Shown in pieces: positions 52,237-64,000 of a stretch of 64,000 nucleotides of DNA; the first letter of the stretch is position 1, and every line of letters starts with the position of its first letter. This DNA comes from Octopus sinensis. Its lineage: Eukaryota. A program made the translations under genes and the position numbers. The notes below the pieces were generated by a model. The model saw only the letters and a list, made by a program, of their open reading frames with translations, made no database searches and was not told the DNA's origin. The stretch lies in NCBI RefSeq assembly GCF_006345805.1, contig NC_043015.1, positions 21,700,001 to 21,764,000 of the forward strand. Direction: 5' to 3'.

Positions 52237-53120
52237 ATGTCCAGAGCATGGAGACGTGACGAGCTGGATTTATTCGTACGAGCATGGGAGTGCGCCGGCG
52301 GAGATAGCCCTAGGGAGGTGATTGCGGCTGCGCTGAAGAGCAGAGGCTACAAGAGGACAGCGGCTCAGATGGAGCGAAAGAGACAGGAATTCGTGCGCTC
52401 ATATGCGCTTGTACGGTCGCACATTGGCGCACTTGATGCCATCTTTGAGAACGAGCGGAGCAAAGATGGCAAGAATGGGACGATGAAAGAAGTCACCCCC
52501 ACCTGGTGGACGCCCGGGAGGAGGTTTTGAATGAGAAACCTGCCGGGAAGTGAACCCAGGTGCAAGTTCTCCAACCGGCAGCAAGGGCCATGGAGACGGA
52601 GAACCCGGTGAAGAGGTAGAGGGAGGAAGAAGAACTAAAAGAAGGACTGGAAGAGCTAAAGGAAAAGAAAAAGCTCAAGCAGGACCAAAGTGTGAAACAA
52701 CCAGAAATAGAAGTGGAACCGCAAAGGATGGAACCAAACAGCGCACGGGTGTGTATGTTCTACCTGAGAGGTTCCTGCTGGCATGGAAAGGAAGGTGCAG
52801 GCTGCCGCTTTGCACATCGGGGACCCTGCCACAGAGACACGAGGCAGATGGACAAACCATCAACACAAAGAAAAGGGATGGACCACGCACCACCTGCCCC
52901 AAAACGGAGGTACGCAGATGTTGTGCGCGCCACAAACAGCCAACATGATGTCGAAAGAGCAGCTGCTGAGCAACAATCTTTTTTGTGCATGGCACAAAAG
53001 ATTGTACAGCGGCTGACCTGGCTTCATCAAACCCAAGCCCGCAGGTGGGACTACCCACTATATACCAGACCACCACAGCAAACAGACACAGGATGGACAC
53101 CGCCGGCAACAACGTACACA
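52237..53120 (+). pseudogene. LINE ORF1: Myb/SANT-like trihelix domain, coiled coil and CCCH zinc finger
   Basis: W-x3-E-x2-LF..W..IAAAL..RGY.RT..Q...K..EF...Y in ORF 52237..52530. One frameshift (~52500) and two stops (52551, 52617) link it to REEEELKEGLEELKEKKKLK and C-x7-C-x8-C-x3-H at 52752-52817. Confidence 0.72.
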
Positions 53121-53126
53121 CTCACC

Positions 53127-56079
53127 TCGATACTCCTACTGAACATCAGAGGACTGCAAACACTCAGTAACAGGACAAAGATCCCGTTCCTGAGAGACTT
53201 TGTGCATGCAATCAAGCCTTATGCATAGCACTTACAGAAACGCACCTGAAACCGGACATAGCAGATGCGGAGTTACACATACCACAGTATGCTGTACTAC
53301 GGACCGACAGGAAAGAAGGAGTCATGGAGGTGTTGCTATGTACATCCGTGAGGACCTCACACCCCAGGTCCTCTTGTCATACTCAAACTCGGTGTGTGAC
53401 ACACTAATTGTACATATTAGGCAACTGATGTAGTTGTGTGTGCTACATATCGCCCTCCAGATGCCCCAAGCCATGTGGGCAAGTTTGAAGACTGCCTTAT
53501 AAAATAGAAGAAATTCTAACCACATTAGAGCAACACATAGGTGTGCTTCTTATGGGAGACTTCAATCTGCCCAATGTCAGATGGCCCGAGGGCCTTTCTC
53601 TCCCAGAATGACAAGATGTGAACGAGGACAGGCGAGGTCCCTCCTGAACCTCATCAACACCCTGTACATGGAGCAGGTAATACTACTCCAACCAACCAGG
53701 GCAGGTAACACACTGGATCTCTGCTTCACAAATGACATGGATCTCATCCATAATGTGAAAGTGACACCGACACTACTCTCGGATCACAACATGATAGAGC
53801 TGACCATGTACGGGCCAAAAGAGAGCACGGACATGCAGCCTACAAGAAACCCTCAAAATCTTTCCAGCTTGAACTACCATAAGGCAAACTGGAAACAAAT
53901 TGAGAAAGAGATCCTCAAACAAAACTGGCCTAAATGTCTCTCCTCGCCAGACATCGACGTGAAACTTCAACAATTCATGTCTGTAATGCAAGCCATATGC
54001 TACAAATGTGTCCCAGAGAGAAAGGCCACTGTACACAAGAACAAAATCCCCAGAGAGAGGAAAATTTTATGAGACGGCGTACGAAATTTTCAAAACGCCT
54101 AAACAAACAGATTGAAGCAGTGAAAAGTCCCGCCTAAAAATAAAACTGTTGGAAAAACGATGTCTGCAACTCTCCCATGAAAAAGAAAGAGCAGACAAAG
54201 AAGCCTGGGCTATAGAAAACATAAAATCTAACCCCAGAGCTCTCTACAGGTATGCCAAAGAAAACAGCTACAGTGCACTGTAGAATAGGGCCACTCCTCG
54301 AAAAGGATGGCACACTTACAGGAAAACCAATGAGGGTAAGTGAAATACTGAATGAGCAATTCAAGAGTGTTTTCACTCCACCCCTTGGGCATCTCCAAAT
54401 TACCAATCCAACTGACTTTTTACACTGCAGATATAAAATCAGAGGCGGCGACGATAGATTACATCGATATAAAGGAAGACGATGTAACCAAGGCTATAGA
54501 TGAAATGAAAACAGACTCAGCTACTGGCCCCGATGGATTCCCGGCAATCCTCCTAAAAGCATGTAAGAGAGTCCTAGCAAGACCACTGCAGTTCCTCTTT
54601 CAGAGCTTCCTTGCAGCTGGCAAACTTCCAGGAAAACTGAAGGAAGGTAAAATATGCCCCATTCATAAAGGAGGTAGCAGAGCGGAAGCCAAGAACTATA
54701 GACCTATCTCTCTGACCTCACACATCAGCAAGGTCATGGAACGAATAGTCAGAAGGAAGCTGATCACCTTCCTTGAAGAGAATGACTTGCTGCCCGACAC
54801 CCAACATGGTTTCCGACCAGGGAGAAGCTGTTTAACTCAGCTCCTACAACACTATGACTGGGTGCTGAAACGGCTGCTCAACCACTCAAATGTGGAAGTG
54901 ATATATCTCGACTTTGCAAAGGCCTTTGATAAAGTCGATCATGGAATGATATGTCACAAACTGCGTGATCTCAACATAGTTGGAAAACTGGGAGAATGGC
55001 TTCATGACTTTCTGAAGGATAGAAGTCAGGTGGTAGTAGCCAATGGGGCCACCTCCATTAACACACAATAGTGAGCGGTGTTCCGCAGGGCACTGTTCTG
55101 GGACCACTACTGTTCATAATGGCCCTCTCAGACATGCCCTCAGCCACGCAGAGAGCCACGATCACAAGTTATGCAGATGATACAAAAGTTTCACAGGCAA
55201 TACAGAACCCTGAGGACACTAAACACCTGCAATGTGAGCTGGACGAAATATACAAGTGGGCTGAAAAGAATAGCATGCCGTTCAATGCTGGAAAGTTTCA
55301 AGCTTTATACTATCAGCATGCAAAACTGAATGCAATACCCAATGAATACACTGGACCCGGAGGGATTGCAATCCCAGAGGCACAATCAGTGCGTGACCTG
55401 GGTATTCACATGAGTGATGACGCGACCTTTCATGTACATGTTGCTAAACTAACAATGAAATGTAGACGGCTGGCTGGATGGATTCTTAGAACCTTTAGAA
55501 CAAGAGAACAAAAAACCATGATGGTTCTCTGGAAGACACTTGTCCTAAGCCACTTTGACTATTGCTCTCAGCTATGGTCACCATCCAGTGTCAAGTTGAT
55601 CACAGAACTTGAGGCGATCCAACGAAGCTACAGAAGAAGATAGCCTCTATGCAGAATGTAAGCTACTGGGAAAGACTCAAGAGATTAAAATTATATCTCT
55701 GGAGCGTAGGCGGGAAAGATATGCCATAATATACATCTGGAAGATCCTGGAGGGAAGTGTCCTGAACTTTGGCATCGAGAGTTACGCAAATGCCAGAACT
55801 GGGCGCCACTGCGTGGTGCCTAGGACTCCAAACCTGCCATCAAGATGTAGGACAAGATTCTGTGATAGCCTGGGCTTCCGAGGCCCACAGCTCTTCAATA
55901 TCCTCCCGAAGAACCTGAGAGACCTGCATGGGGTGGATACAGATGTCTTTAAAATGAAGCTGGATCTCTTCCTGTCAGGTGTCCCAGATGAACCAACTTC
56001 ACGGCAGGAGGGGCAGATGAGGGCAGCTGCATCGAACTCTCTCATGCACCAAATAGCAGTTGCTAGAAAGCCTCCATGA
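53127..56079 (+). pseudogene. LINE ORF2 (APE endonuclease plus reverse transcriptase), fragmented
   Basis: Pieces in ORFs 52692..53228, 53581..54072, 54352..55071, 55071..55643 and 55609..56079. Confidence 0.92.
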
Positions 56080-56167
56080 AGTGAAACCAAGTAGCAACAC
56101 CAAATGGCGGTGCCCCAGCATGGCCACAGCTCATAAGCTGAAACTAGAATCAATCAATCAATCAATC

Positions 56168-56214
<47 letters not shown>

Positions 56215-56297
56215 ATATATATATGTATATTTATATGTGTGTATATATATATATATGTATATATATATATGCATAGATATATGCATACATATATGTG

Positions 56298-56328
<31 letters not shown>

Positions 56329-56387
56329 GTATGTATATATGTCTTATATATATATATATTATATATATACATATATATATATATGTG

Positions 56388-56420
<33 letters not shown>

Positions 56421-56539
56421 ATATACATATGTGAATATATATGTATATATACATATGTGATATATATTATATATAGAGAGAGAGAGAGATGCATATATAT
56501 ATATATGTATGTATATATATATATATATATATATATAAC

Positions 56540-56582
<43 letters not shown>

Positions 56583-56589
56583 TATATAT

Positions 56590-56632
<43 letters not shown>

Positions 56633-56684
56633 TATACATATATAAATATATCTATAAAATAATATTTACATTACTCAATAGTCA

Positions 56685-56747
56685 AGATAAAACTCTGAGT
56701 TTCAGTTGCCGAAGTGGAAATCCACAACACCATCTCTTCGGTTATCT
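56685..56747 (-). ncRNA. Same hammerhead-like fold in the left pLTR arm
   Basis: Reverse complement of 59401-59463 with two differences, both in stem II. Confidence 0.55.
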
Positions 56748-57619
56748 GACCATCTAAAAATGCGCTATGAAAAAATACCGTTATATAAAGGGAAATTACT
56801 GTGTTATAATTATATAAAATAAGATTAAAATTTCATAGTAAAACACGTAAAACATGGCTAGGCATACGCTTACATGTGCGCTCGCGGATCCACGTGCGTA
56901 CTTATGCGTCACTATGAAAACGTACACATCTTCACTCGCATTTTTCGCCAAATATATACGCATATATATACAAACTCATACTCACATACATGCGTCCCGT
57001 AAAAGTTCATACATACGTCTATATACGCACAAGCACAGGAAAAACCATGGTTAAAGGTAACAGAAAAAAAACATAAGGAAGTATACAAAGCATAAAAACG
57101 ACGTTCATATAGGGACATGTCCTTATGCACTCATACACACACGCCCATATATGTACATACCCATACACCCACCCATATGTACATACCCATACACCCACCC
57201 ATATGTACATACTCATATACACACGCCCATATATGTACATACCCGCACATGTTTATATACGTATACACATATGCCCCCTTCACCCCCCCCCCTTCCCCCC
57301 TAAAAATGGAAAAATACTAAAAACGTCTATATATATATGCATTCTTATACCCGCGCACACGCACGTATCTAAAACTGCCCACTCATACAAATTCACACAC
57401 GTGTACAAATGAATCTATATGCACGTCTATATAGGCACAGGAAAAATTCAGGATAAAAAAGTACAGAAAAAATTATTATGTGTGAAAATATGAAAATATA
57501 TGAAATAATAAAAGGTATAAAGAGATAAAGAGATAAAAAACTTTTGGAGACATAATATAGAAAGCAAGTTCTATCTGTTTTCTTTAGGGGACCAAAAACG
57601 TAAAAAAAAATTTGTCTCA

Positions 57620-58932
57620 TATGGGCATGATCCGAAAAGTTCTGTCCTTCAGTTTAGACATGTAGTAGGGTCTAAGCTGCTTTTCCAGATAAGCCATCTC
57701 TCCATGTCGCATAGACCGCGCTTTCCGCTGCCGTTGGTGTAGGGCTTACATTTGGCCAAAATCTTCCATTGGATGTTATAATCGACACCTTTATCGTTTA
57801 AAGACCAAATATGATTAGATAATTTTGTCGCTTTTCTTTTGTTCCAGTGCCTAAAACTCAAGGTGTGGTTATTGAACCTGGCCTTGAAATTACCCTCTGT
57901 AAGGCCCACGTATTTCTTCGTCGAAACGGTGTCTTTAGTGGTTATAGAGTTCACGGTAGCTTCATAGATGATGGTCTCGGACATACAAGCTCCATTTAGC
58001 GGGCACAATTTTTTATTCCTGCATGAACAGCTGTTTTCTTGTTGTGGTTTGTGTGTGTTATGTGTGATTATATTTTTAAAATTGGTAGTTGAACTAAAAC
58101 TAATTTTTAAATTGTGTTTATTGAAGAGTTTCCTATAAATATGGTTAACTGGAAAATGTCTATATATCAGTGTTAAGAAATATTTACCTATATTGAAGGT
58201 CACCTCGGGTAAGTAAGGGGGTGTTAACCAGATGATCTTCCTATTTCTATTTTTCCTTTCTTTACATTTGGGCTAGTAATAGGTGTATATTTTATTTTTT
58301 CGCGAAAACCACTATCTTTTAAAGCCTTATTATAAACTGGGGCAACGCTATTAAAAATGTCCTTATAGGAGGAGAGGCTAGAAATTATCTTACTAATATT
58401 TTTAACTAAATTTTTGAATACTATAGGGGGATGGCATGAACCTACATTAATATAACTAAGTCTATCATTGGGCTTCCTATAAGGCTTATAATTATTCTTA
58501 TTTAGATCTAAGGAAACGTCTAGGAAATTGACAACCGTCAGGTTAGTATCTATAGTTATACTAAGTCCGAAGTATTTCATTAATTGGATAATATCCTTCC
58601 TAAAACGCTCCTCTGCTGGTCCATTTGTATTAGCGGTTAAAGCGAGGGCATCATCTTTGTAGATGGCGAAATTAAACGTCAGGAAATATCTTACCTAAAG
58701 TATCTAGGAGAAAAAATCCTATCAGATCGCAAATGCCTGCTCCATCATATGACCCCATGCTCACATCGAAAGCACCCTCTAAATCGGTATTTTTGACCCA
58801 CTTTGCGTTCTCACTGAAAAGTAAGGAAGATTATGTCTTTATCATTTGTACAGATTTCCATGAAAACGCTAGCGAAGACGAGGGCTTTATCTAGCAGTTC
58901 TTTAGAGATAGAGGCATAAAAATCAACATATG
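57620..58932 (-). pseudogene. Penelope-like RT C-terminal half plus GIY-YIG endonuclease
   Basis: VDFYASISKELLDKAL, MGSYDGAGICDLIG, VNFLDVSLDL..YKPYRKPN..YIN..SCHPP, CSCRNKKLCPLNGAC, IIYEATV..KYVGLT..FKARFNNH. Confidence 0.92.
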
Positions 58933-59400
58933 TATATTCATTTTTTGTATATGCGTGTGTGTATATGCGTATATAAGGATGTGCGGGTATGTACATATAT
59001 GGGCGTGTGTGTATGAGTGCATAAGGACATGTCCGTATATGAACGTCGTTTTTATGCTTTGTATACTTCCTTATGTTTTTTTTTCTGTTACCTTTAACCA
59101 TGGTTTTTCGTGTGCTTGTGCGTATATAGACGTATGTATGAACTTTTACGGTACGCATGTGCGTGAGTATGAGTTTGTATATATATGCGTATATATTTGG
59201 CGAAAAATGCGAGTGAAGATGTGTACGTTTTCATAGTGACGCATAAGTACGCACGTGGATCCGCGAGCGCACATGTAAGCGTATGACTAGCCATGTTTTA
59301 CGTGTTTTACTATGAAATTTTAATCTTATTTTATATAATTATAACACAGTAATTTCCCTTTATATAACGGTATTTTTTCATAGCGTTTTTTTAGATGGCC

Positions 59401-59463
59401 AGATAACCGAAGAGATTGTGTTGTGGATTTCCACTTCGGCATCTGAAACTCAGAGTTTTATCT
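59401..59463 (+). ncRNA. Hammerhead-like fold with non-canonical core in the right pLTR arm
   Basis: Stem I AGATAA/TTATCT, core CCGAAGA, GAAAC-TCAGA-GTT. Confidence 0.55.
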
Positions 59464-59612
59464 TGACTATTGAGTAATTGTAACATATTATTTAAAGATA
59501 AATTTCCTCTATTTGCATAATATTGAGGACTCTTTCTTTCTTTTGTTATCTTACCGTTTTTTCCAATATACACACACACACTCACAACACACACACAACA
59601 CACACACACAAC

Positions 59613-59656
<44 letters not shown>

Positions 59657-59675
59657 ATATTATATATTTATACAC

Positions 59676-59715
<40 letters not shown>

Positions 59716-59779
59716 ATAATAAATATTAGGGAATAAATCCAAACTTACAGGGAAAGTCTCTAATATAATATATATATAT

Positions 59780-59822
<43 letters not shown>

Positions 59823-60211
59823 GTCTGTATATATGTATGCGCGTGTGTATGTGTTTGTAGAATATATAAGTATATACAGGCACATTTTCAACGAAATTTG
59901 GTAGCGCGCAAAACAAGAGACAGTATGTTTCTAATTTGTGGGAAAGGTACGGAGAGATGTAGACATATATTAATTAAATGATGAATGCAAGCTTCTTCTC
60001 TAATTATTACTAACGATTAAATTACATACCAGATAAATGTAAAGTGTTAATATCGGCGCCTTACATCCAAAATGAAAAACAACTGACGTACGTTAAAGTA
60101 TTTATCTATGTATGTATATATATATATATTATATATATATATATATATATAGATAGATAGATAGATAGTATAAAGATAGATAGATAGATAGATAGATAGA
60201 TCATCATATCT

Positions 60212-60282
<71 letters not shown>

Positions 60283-61400
60283 CGTATATAAATACATACA
60301 CAGACATATATAATGCGTATATACGTATTCCAATACTCTCAAACAGAGTCGCATGCGCACGTAGAAGCACACGTACACACACATACACACTCATACACAA
60401 ATAAATACATACATATATGATTACCGAAGGAATAAATATATAGACTAGTTTACAAGATCTGGGCAATGTAGGGAATAAAATAACATTTGAACGAAGTATA
60501 CATATTTCGAAAGATACATATATATATATATATTTATATATATATGTGCGCGCATGTGTGTATATATATATATATATTATATATATATAAATATGCATAT
60601 AGACGCGCACACATGAATATATCTTTAAGGATGTTTTTTTTTATGGATATGAATATGTTTGTGCTTCTATAAGCACACAATCCTTTATCAACATACGTCG
60701 ATGTTTATCTCTGACATTATATTTTTTCTTAAAAAGGAAATCGTATAATATTTATAGATATATACGAATATGCAATCGTGCATACTCATAAGTAATCCTT
60801 TCCGCACACATCGCTTATGAAACTTATACACAACCACACAATTACATACAAACATTTAAATCTAAAAGTAACACTAATACACCGTAAAAGTGTCGAAAAA
60901 TAACAATAATATTAAAACGAATAACAAACATAATAATAACAGCAATAAAAACTATATTAATACTGTATAGTATCGCTAAAGAATGAAATGCTTTCAATGT
61001 TCTCACTCTATATCGAACGATGTAACAATATCTTGCGGAAAAAATACCGCTTTGTGTTTTATATTCAGGTGGTTTAATATGTTTATCGTAGAATTAGATA
61101 TTTTTACCACAGATGAAATTTATTTACGTTTAATATCAGTTCAGTATATAGCAAACACTACACTTCAAAGAACATTTGTGTAAGTAAGAGTTTATTGTAT
61201 ATTTATTCATTCATATATATTCAATATCTGATATCATACATATGTATACGCATAGACGTATGTGTATTTATATAGCTGTATACATATGTAAATACGTGAA
61301 TATATATAAATTTATAAATATAAATATAAATATACATTTATTTATACACATATGCATATACATGTATATACAGGTGTGTGTGTTGTGTGTGTGTGTGTAA

Positions 61401-61456
<56 letters not shown>

Positions 61457-62175
61457 CGCATATATGTATATATATATATATACGTTTGTATGTTTGGACG
61501 CGTGGGTATTTACGTATATGTTAATATTATTCGCAAAGCAATGCGTTCCGATTCTTTAGAATATATGTCCCTCTATGTGAAACAAAATAGTTAATAAACA
61601 ATTGGGTGGACATATATTTTAGAATTATTTGCATTTATTATACATTTTTACACAATATACTACCGGTTTATCCTTCAGTTCGAGGTAAATTTGGTTATAT
61701 AAACATACTCATGTTTATATTGCATTTTGTATATTTATTACATACACACACAAACACACACACAAATATATACACACATACTTATATATAATGGTTTGGT
61801 GATATCACTTGTGTACTCATTCATACTATTTGCTGTTATCTCTGTTAAATTCAAAGACATTTTATTCATAAAACATTCCACATGGTGTTTTGTAGTTAAA
61901 TACCACGTATATAGAACACGTTCTATGCTATAAACCTTCCTTGGTCTGTTGCGCCAAATTGGATCTTATGATGTAAATAAGACTATTTTTCTCGAAGGTA
62001 TTTGAAGTCATAGAGAAATATACATAACTGAAAAACCGCGTCCATTATACTCAGGGATCTAATTTGCCTACATATATTTATATGCAGAAAATGTTACACA
62101 TACCAACATGGGCTTACGTATATAGAATTGCAAACATACAGGGAAACTATCAAACGTGTGTTTTTAAGTATAACG

Positions 62176-62224
<49 letters not shown>

Positions 62225-62226
62225 CA

Positions 62227-63070
62227 CTAGCAGCATAGCCCGGCGTTGCCCTGGTATGTAAGAGCCCCTAGTAGGCAACGACTAATCCCAATCTAGTCCT
62301 TTCCCTCTAGGGAACGAAGGCGCGTGAACAGCCCACGTAGAGTTGACCGTGGGCGAAGCACTGTTCGCCCAACTGTAACCCAGCGACTTGTAGCGTTTGG
62401 CCTTGGGATTTATTGATGGACATTGCGAAGCAGAGTTTAACAGAAAACTGAGAACGCCTGAAGTGGATTGGTAGGTCAGCGCCCGACGGTTGAAGGTGCA
62501 TGTGTGGAATGAAGACGTCCTCTCCCTTCCCACAACCGGTAAGTATTGTGGCCGTTATTAAATGTGGTGCCAAATGTTTCACAACCAGACGTGTGCTGTT
62601 GCACTGTTTAGGTGGAACCAAATTCCTGATGAGCATAATGGGCGCACCGACTTTTAACTTCAGGATGTGTGGCGGCAGGCCAGGCGGTTCAAGTGAATTC
62701 AGGAATTCAACAGGATAATCGGCAATCTCGGCGGGGTCTGCTGTCCTATCAATAGATTTGTAGACGTGGACATCACCAGGAATAGCTTCAAGTAGCTGGA
62801 TATTGATGGAGTTGAGAGATAAAAAGATCGAGTTGCGTCCCCTAGACAGTCTGTGGTTTGTGTTTCTGATTCTCGACCCCATGTCGAATTTATCGATTTT
62901 TTTCAGAACTGGGGAAACTTTTCAAACTTTTCGCAGCGTTAGTTTTGAATTATGACATTGGGCTATGTGTGTGTCAAGTTTCATCAGAATCGGTTGAAAG
63001 CCGTGGTCAGGGTGAGGGTAAAACCTGACAGACACACAGACAGACAAACTGCCGTTTATATATAGAGAGA
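62227..63070 (-). mobile_element. Compact non-autonomous Helitron (844 bp) with both termini
   Basis: The minus strand begins A|TCTCTCTATATATAAAC and ends CCAGGGC-AAC-GCCGGG-N8-CTAG|T. It carries a helicase fragment. Confidence 0.9.
62307..62882 (-). pseudogene. C-terminal fragment of a Helitron PIF1-type helicase
   Basis: YPVEFLNSLEPPGLPPHILKLKVGAPIMLIRNL..FAMSINKSQGQTL..FAHGQLYVGCSR (SF1B motifs V-VI); no Walker A/B motifs. Confidence 0.9.
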
Positions 63071-63240
63071 TATATATTACTATAATTGTCCTTAAATCCG
63101 TCTGTCCGTGACCTTTTTATGGCCAAACGACTGATCACACTTGCACGATACTTGGCAGTCTTACTAAGGGCGTCTCGAGAATGGTTTATGTCATGTTTAA
63201 AAAAATTATACGAAAGACTTGCTACACTGCTTCGATTCGT
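63071..63240 (+). mobile_element. Possible 5' end of a second Helitron-like element, head-to-head with the first
   Basis: TATATATTACTATAATTGTCC..CCGTCTGTCCGTGACC..GGCCAAACGACTGATC resembles Helitron heads; no 3' terminus found. Confidence 0.3.
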
Positions 63241-64000
63241 ACGAAACTAAGGAAGCCATCTTCGTATACATAAATAAAAATGAATTATACGGAAATCGGC
63301 CACAGTAACAAAACAGATACAAAAACCTAAATGGCATTTACGAAAGTTCAAACAGTACTTTCATTTCTTCTTTTATTATTCTTTCTACAACGGTTCTGGA
63401 CGTTGATGGGGTGTGCGACACACAGAGTGTGTGAGAGAGACATAGAGACACACAGAGTGACATAGACACAGAGAGAAAGACAGAGAAAAACACAGACAGA
63501 CAGAAACAAAGAGAAAGACACACATTGTGTGCGTACGCGTGTGTGAGTGTGTGTGTGTGCGCGCGTGTGTGAGTGTGTGTATGTGCGCGCGTGTGTGAGT
63601 GTGTATGCGTTTTCTTTTACCCCATCAACACATTGATGGGTTGAACGAAACAGAAAGTATGTGTGAGAGAGAGAAACAGAGAAAGAGAGAGATATAGAAA
63701 GAAAGAGAGAGAGAAAAACATACTGAGAGATATATAGAGAAAAAGACAGTGTGTGTGCTTTTTTTTAGCCCCATCACCACACTTTCTCTACAACGATATC
63801 AATTTGGTACAGCACCCAGGACGAAAAAATAAATAAAAACAATTATGTTAATGATCTCATGATTAACAACTTCTGAGGAGAAAGTCGACAATATCTAATT
63901 TCGGACACTATAGTCGATGGAAATTATCACCAGTAACCACAGAATTTCCTTAACAACTTCAATCCATCATGCATAGGATCTCACTGGAAAAAGTACTGTC

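Larger units (their letters stand above)
51911..56167 (+). mobile_element. Apparently full-length, decayed CR1/L2-group LINE (APE endonuclease plus RT) inserted in (TA)n
   Basis: 5' tandem monomers, ORF1 remnants, APE motifs (ILLLNIRGL, LTETHL, RTDRKERSHGGV, GDFN, LDLCF, SDH), RT motifs (GPDG, NYRPISL, QHGF, DFAKAFD, GVPQG, YADD at 55170-55181) and an (AATC)5 tail at 56148-56167. Confidence 0.92.
56657..59494 (-). mobile_element. 5'-truncated Penelope-like element with inverted pseudo-LTR arms
   Basis: Arms ~56657-57272 and ~58950-59494 are reverse complements. They enclose minus-strand RT and GIY-YIG fragments. Confidence 0.9.

Noticed and set aside
52237-52530. Myb/SANT-like ORF as a stand-alone host or Harbinger gene
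   Set aside because: It is compositionally and positionally continuous with the LINE, and no Harbinger transposase, TIRs or introns are seen nearby. It is kept as LINE ORF1 pending a consensus check.
56657-59494. Long inverted arms as TIRs of a DNA transposon that captured a Penelope fragment
   Set aside because: The arm is the natural 3' UTR continuation of the Penelope ORF and holds a hammerhead-like fold; no transposon-type termini or TSD were seen.
63330-63800. Recurring CCCCATCA(A/C)CAC motif in both orientations among AG/TG repeats
   Set aside because: Too short and too embedded in low-complexity sequence to define an element.

Overview
This is AT-rich, microsatellite-saturated animal genomic DNA. 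The SINE families look like those of octopus, so a coleoid cephalopod is inferred but not verified. I could not support any host protein-coding exon, rRNA, true tRNA or CRISPR array; the window is essentially a layered archive of mobile elements. (1) The first 12.8 kb hold six insertions from four families of R4/Dong-like non-LTR retrotransposons (RT plus restriction-like endonuclease). Each sits in a (TAA)n tract with the same strand polarity, and one keeps a stop-free 998-aa ORF. (2) A degraded but apparently full-length CR1/L2-group LINE (51.9-56.2 kb) has an ORF1 that unusually carries a Myb/SANT-like trihelix domain plus a CCCH finger. Its 3' tail matches, with compensatory changes, the 3' tail of the local SINE family. 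(3) A Penelope-like element (56.7-59.5 kb) has inverted pLTR arms, each with a non-canonical hammerhead-like fold. Two further solo minimal hammerhead ribozymes lie at 15.44 kb (apparently intact) and 18.95 kb (mutated), and a fold-back remnant lies at 42.2 kb. (4) Also present are Helitron derivatives, four mariner remnants, a pogo/Tigger remnant, about 15 tRNA-derived SINE copies, a small foldback element and two microsatellite-bounded tandem duplications. Most listed ORFs are microsatellite artefacts. All alignments, folds and identities were judged by eye.
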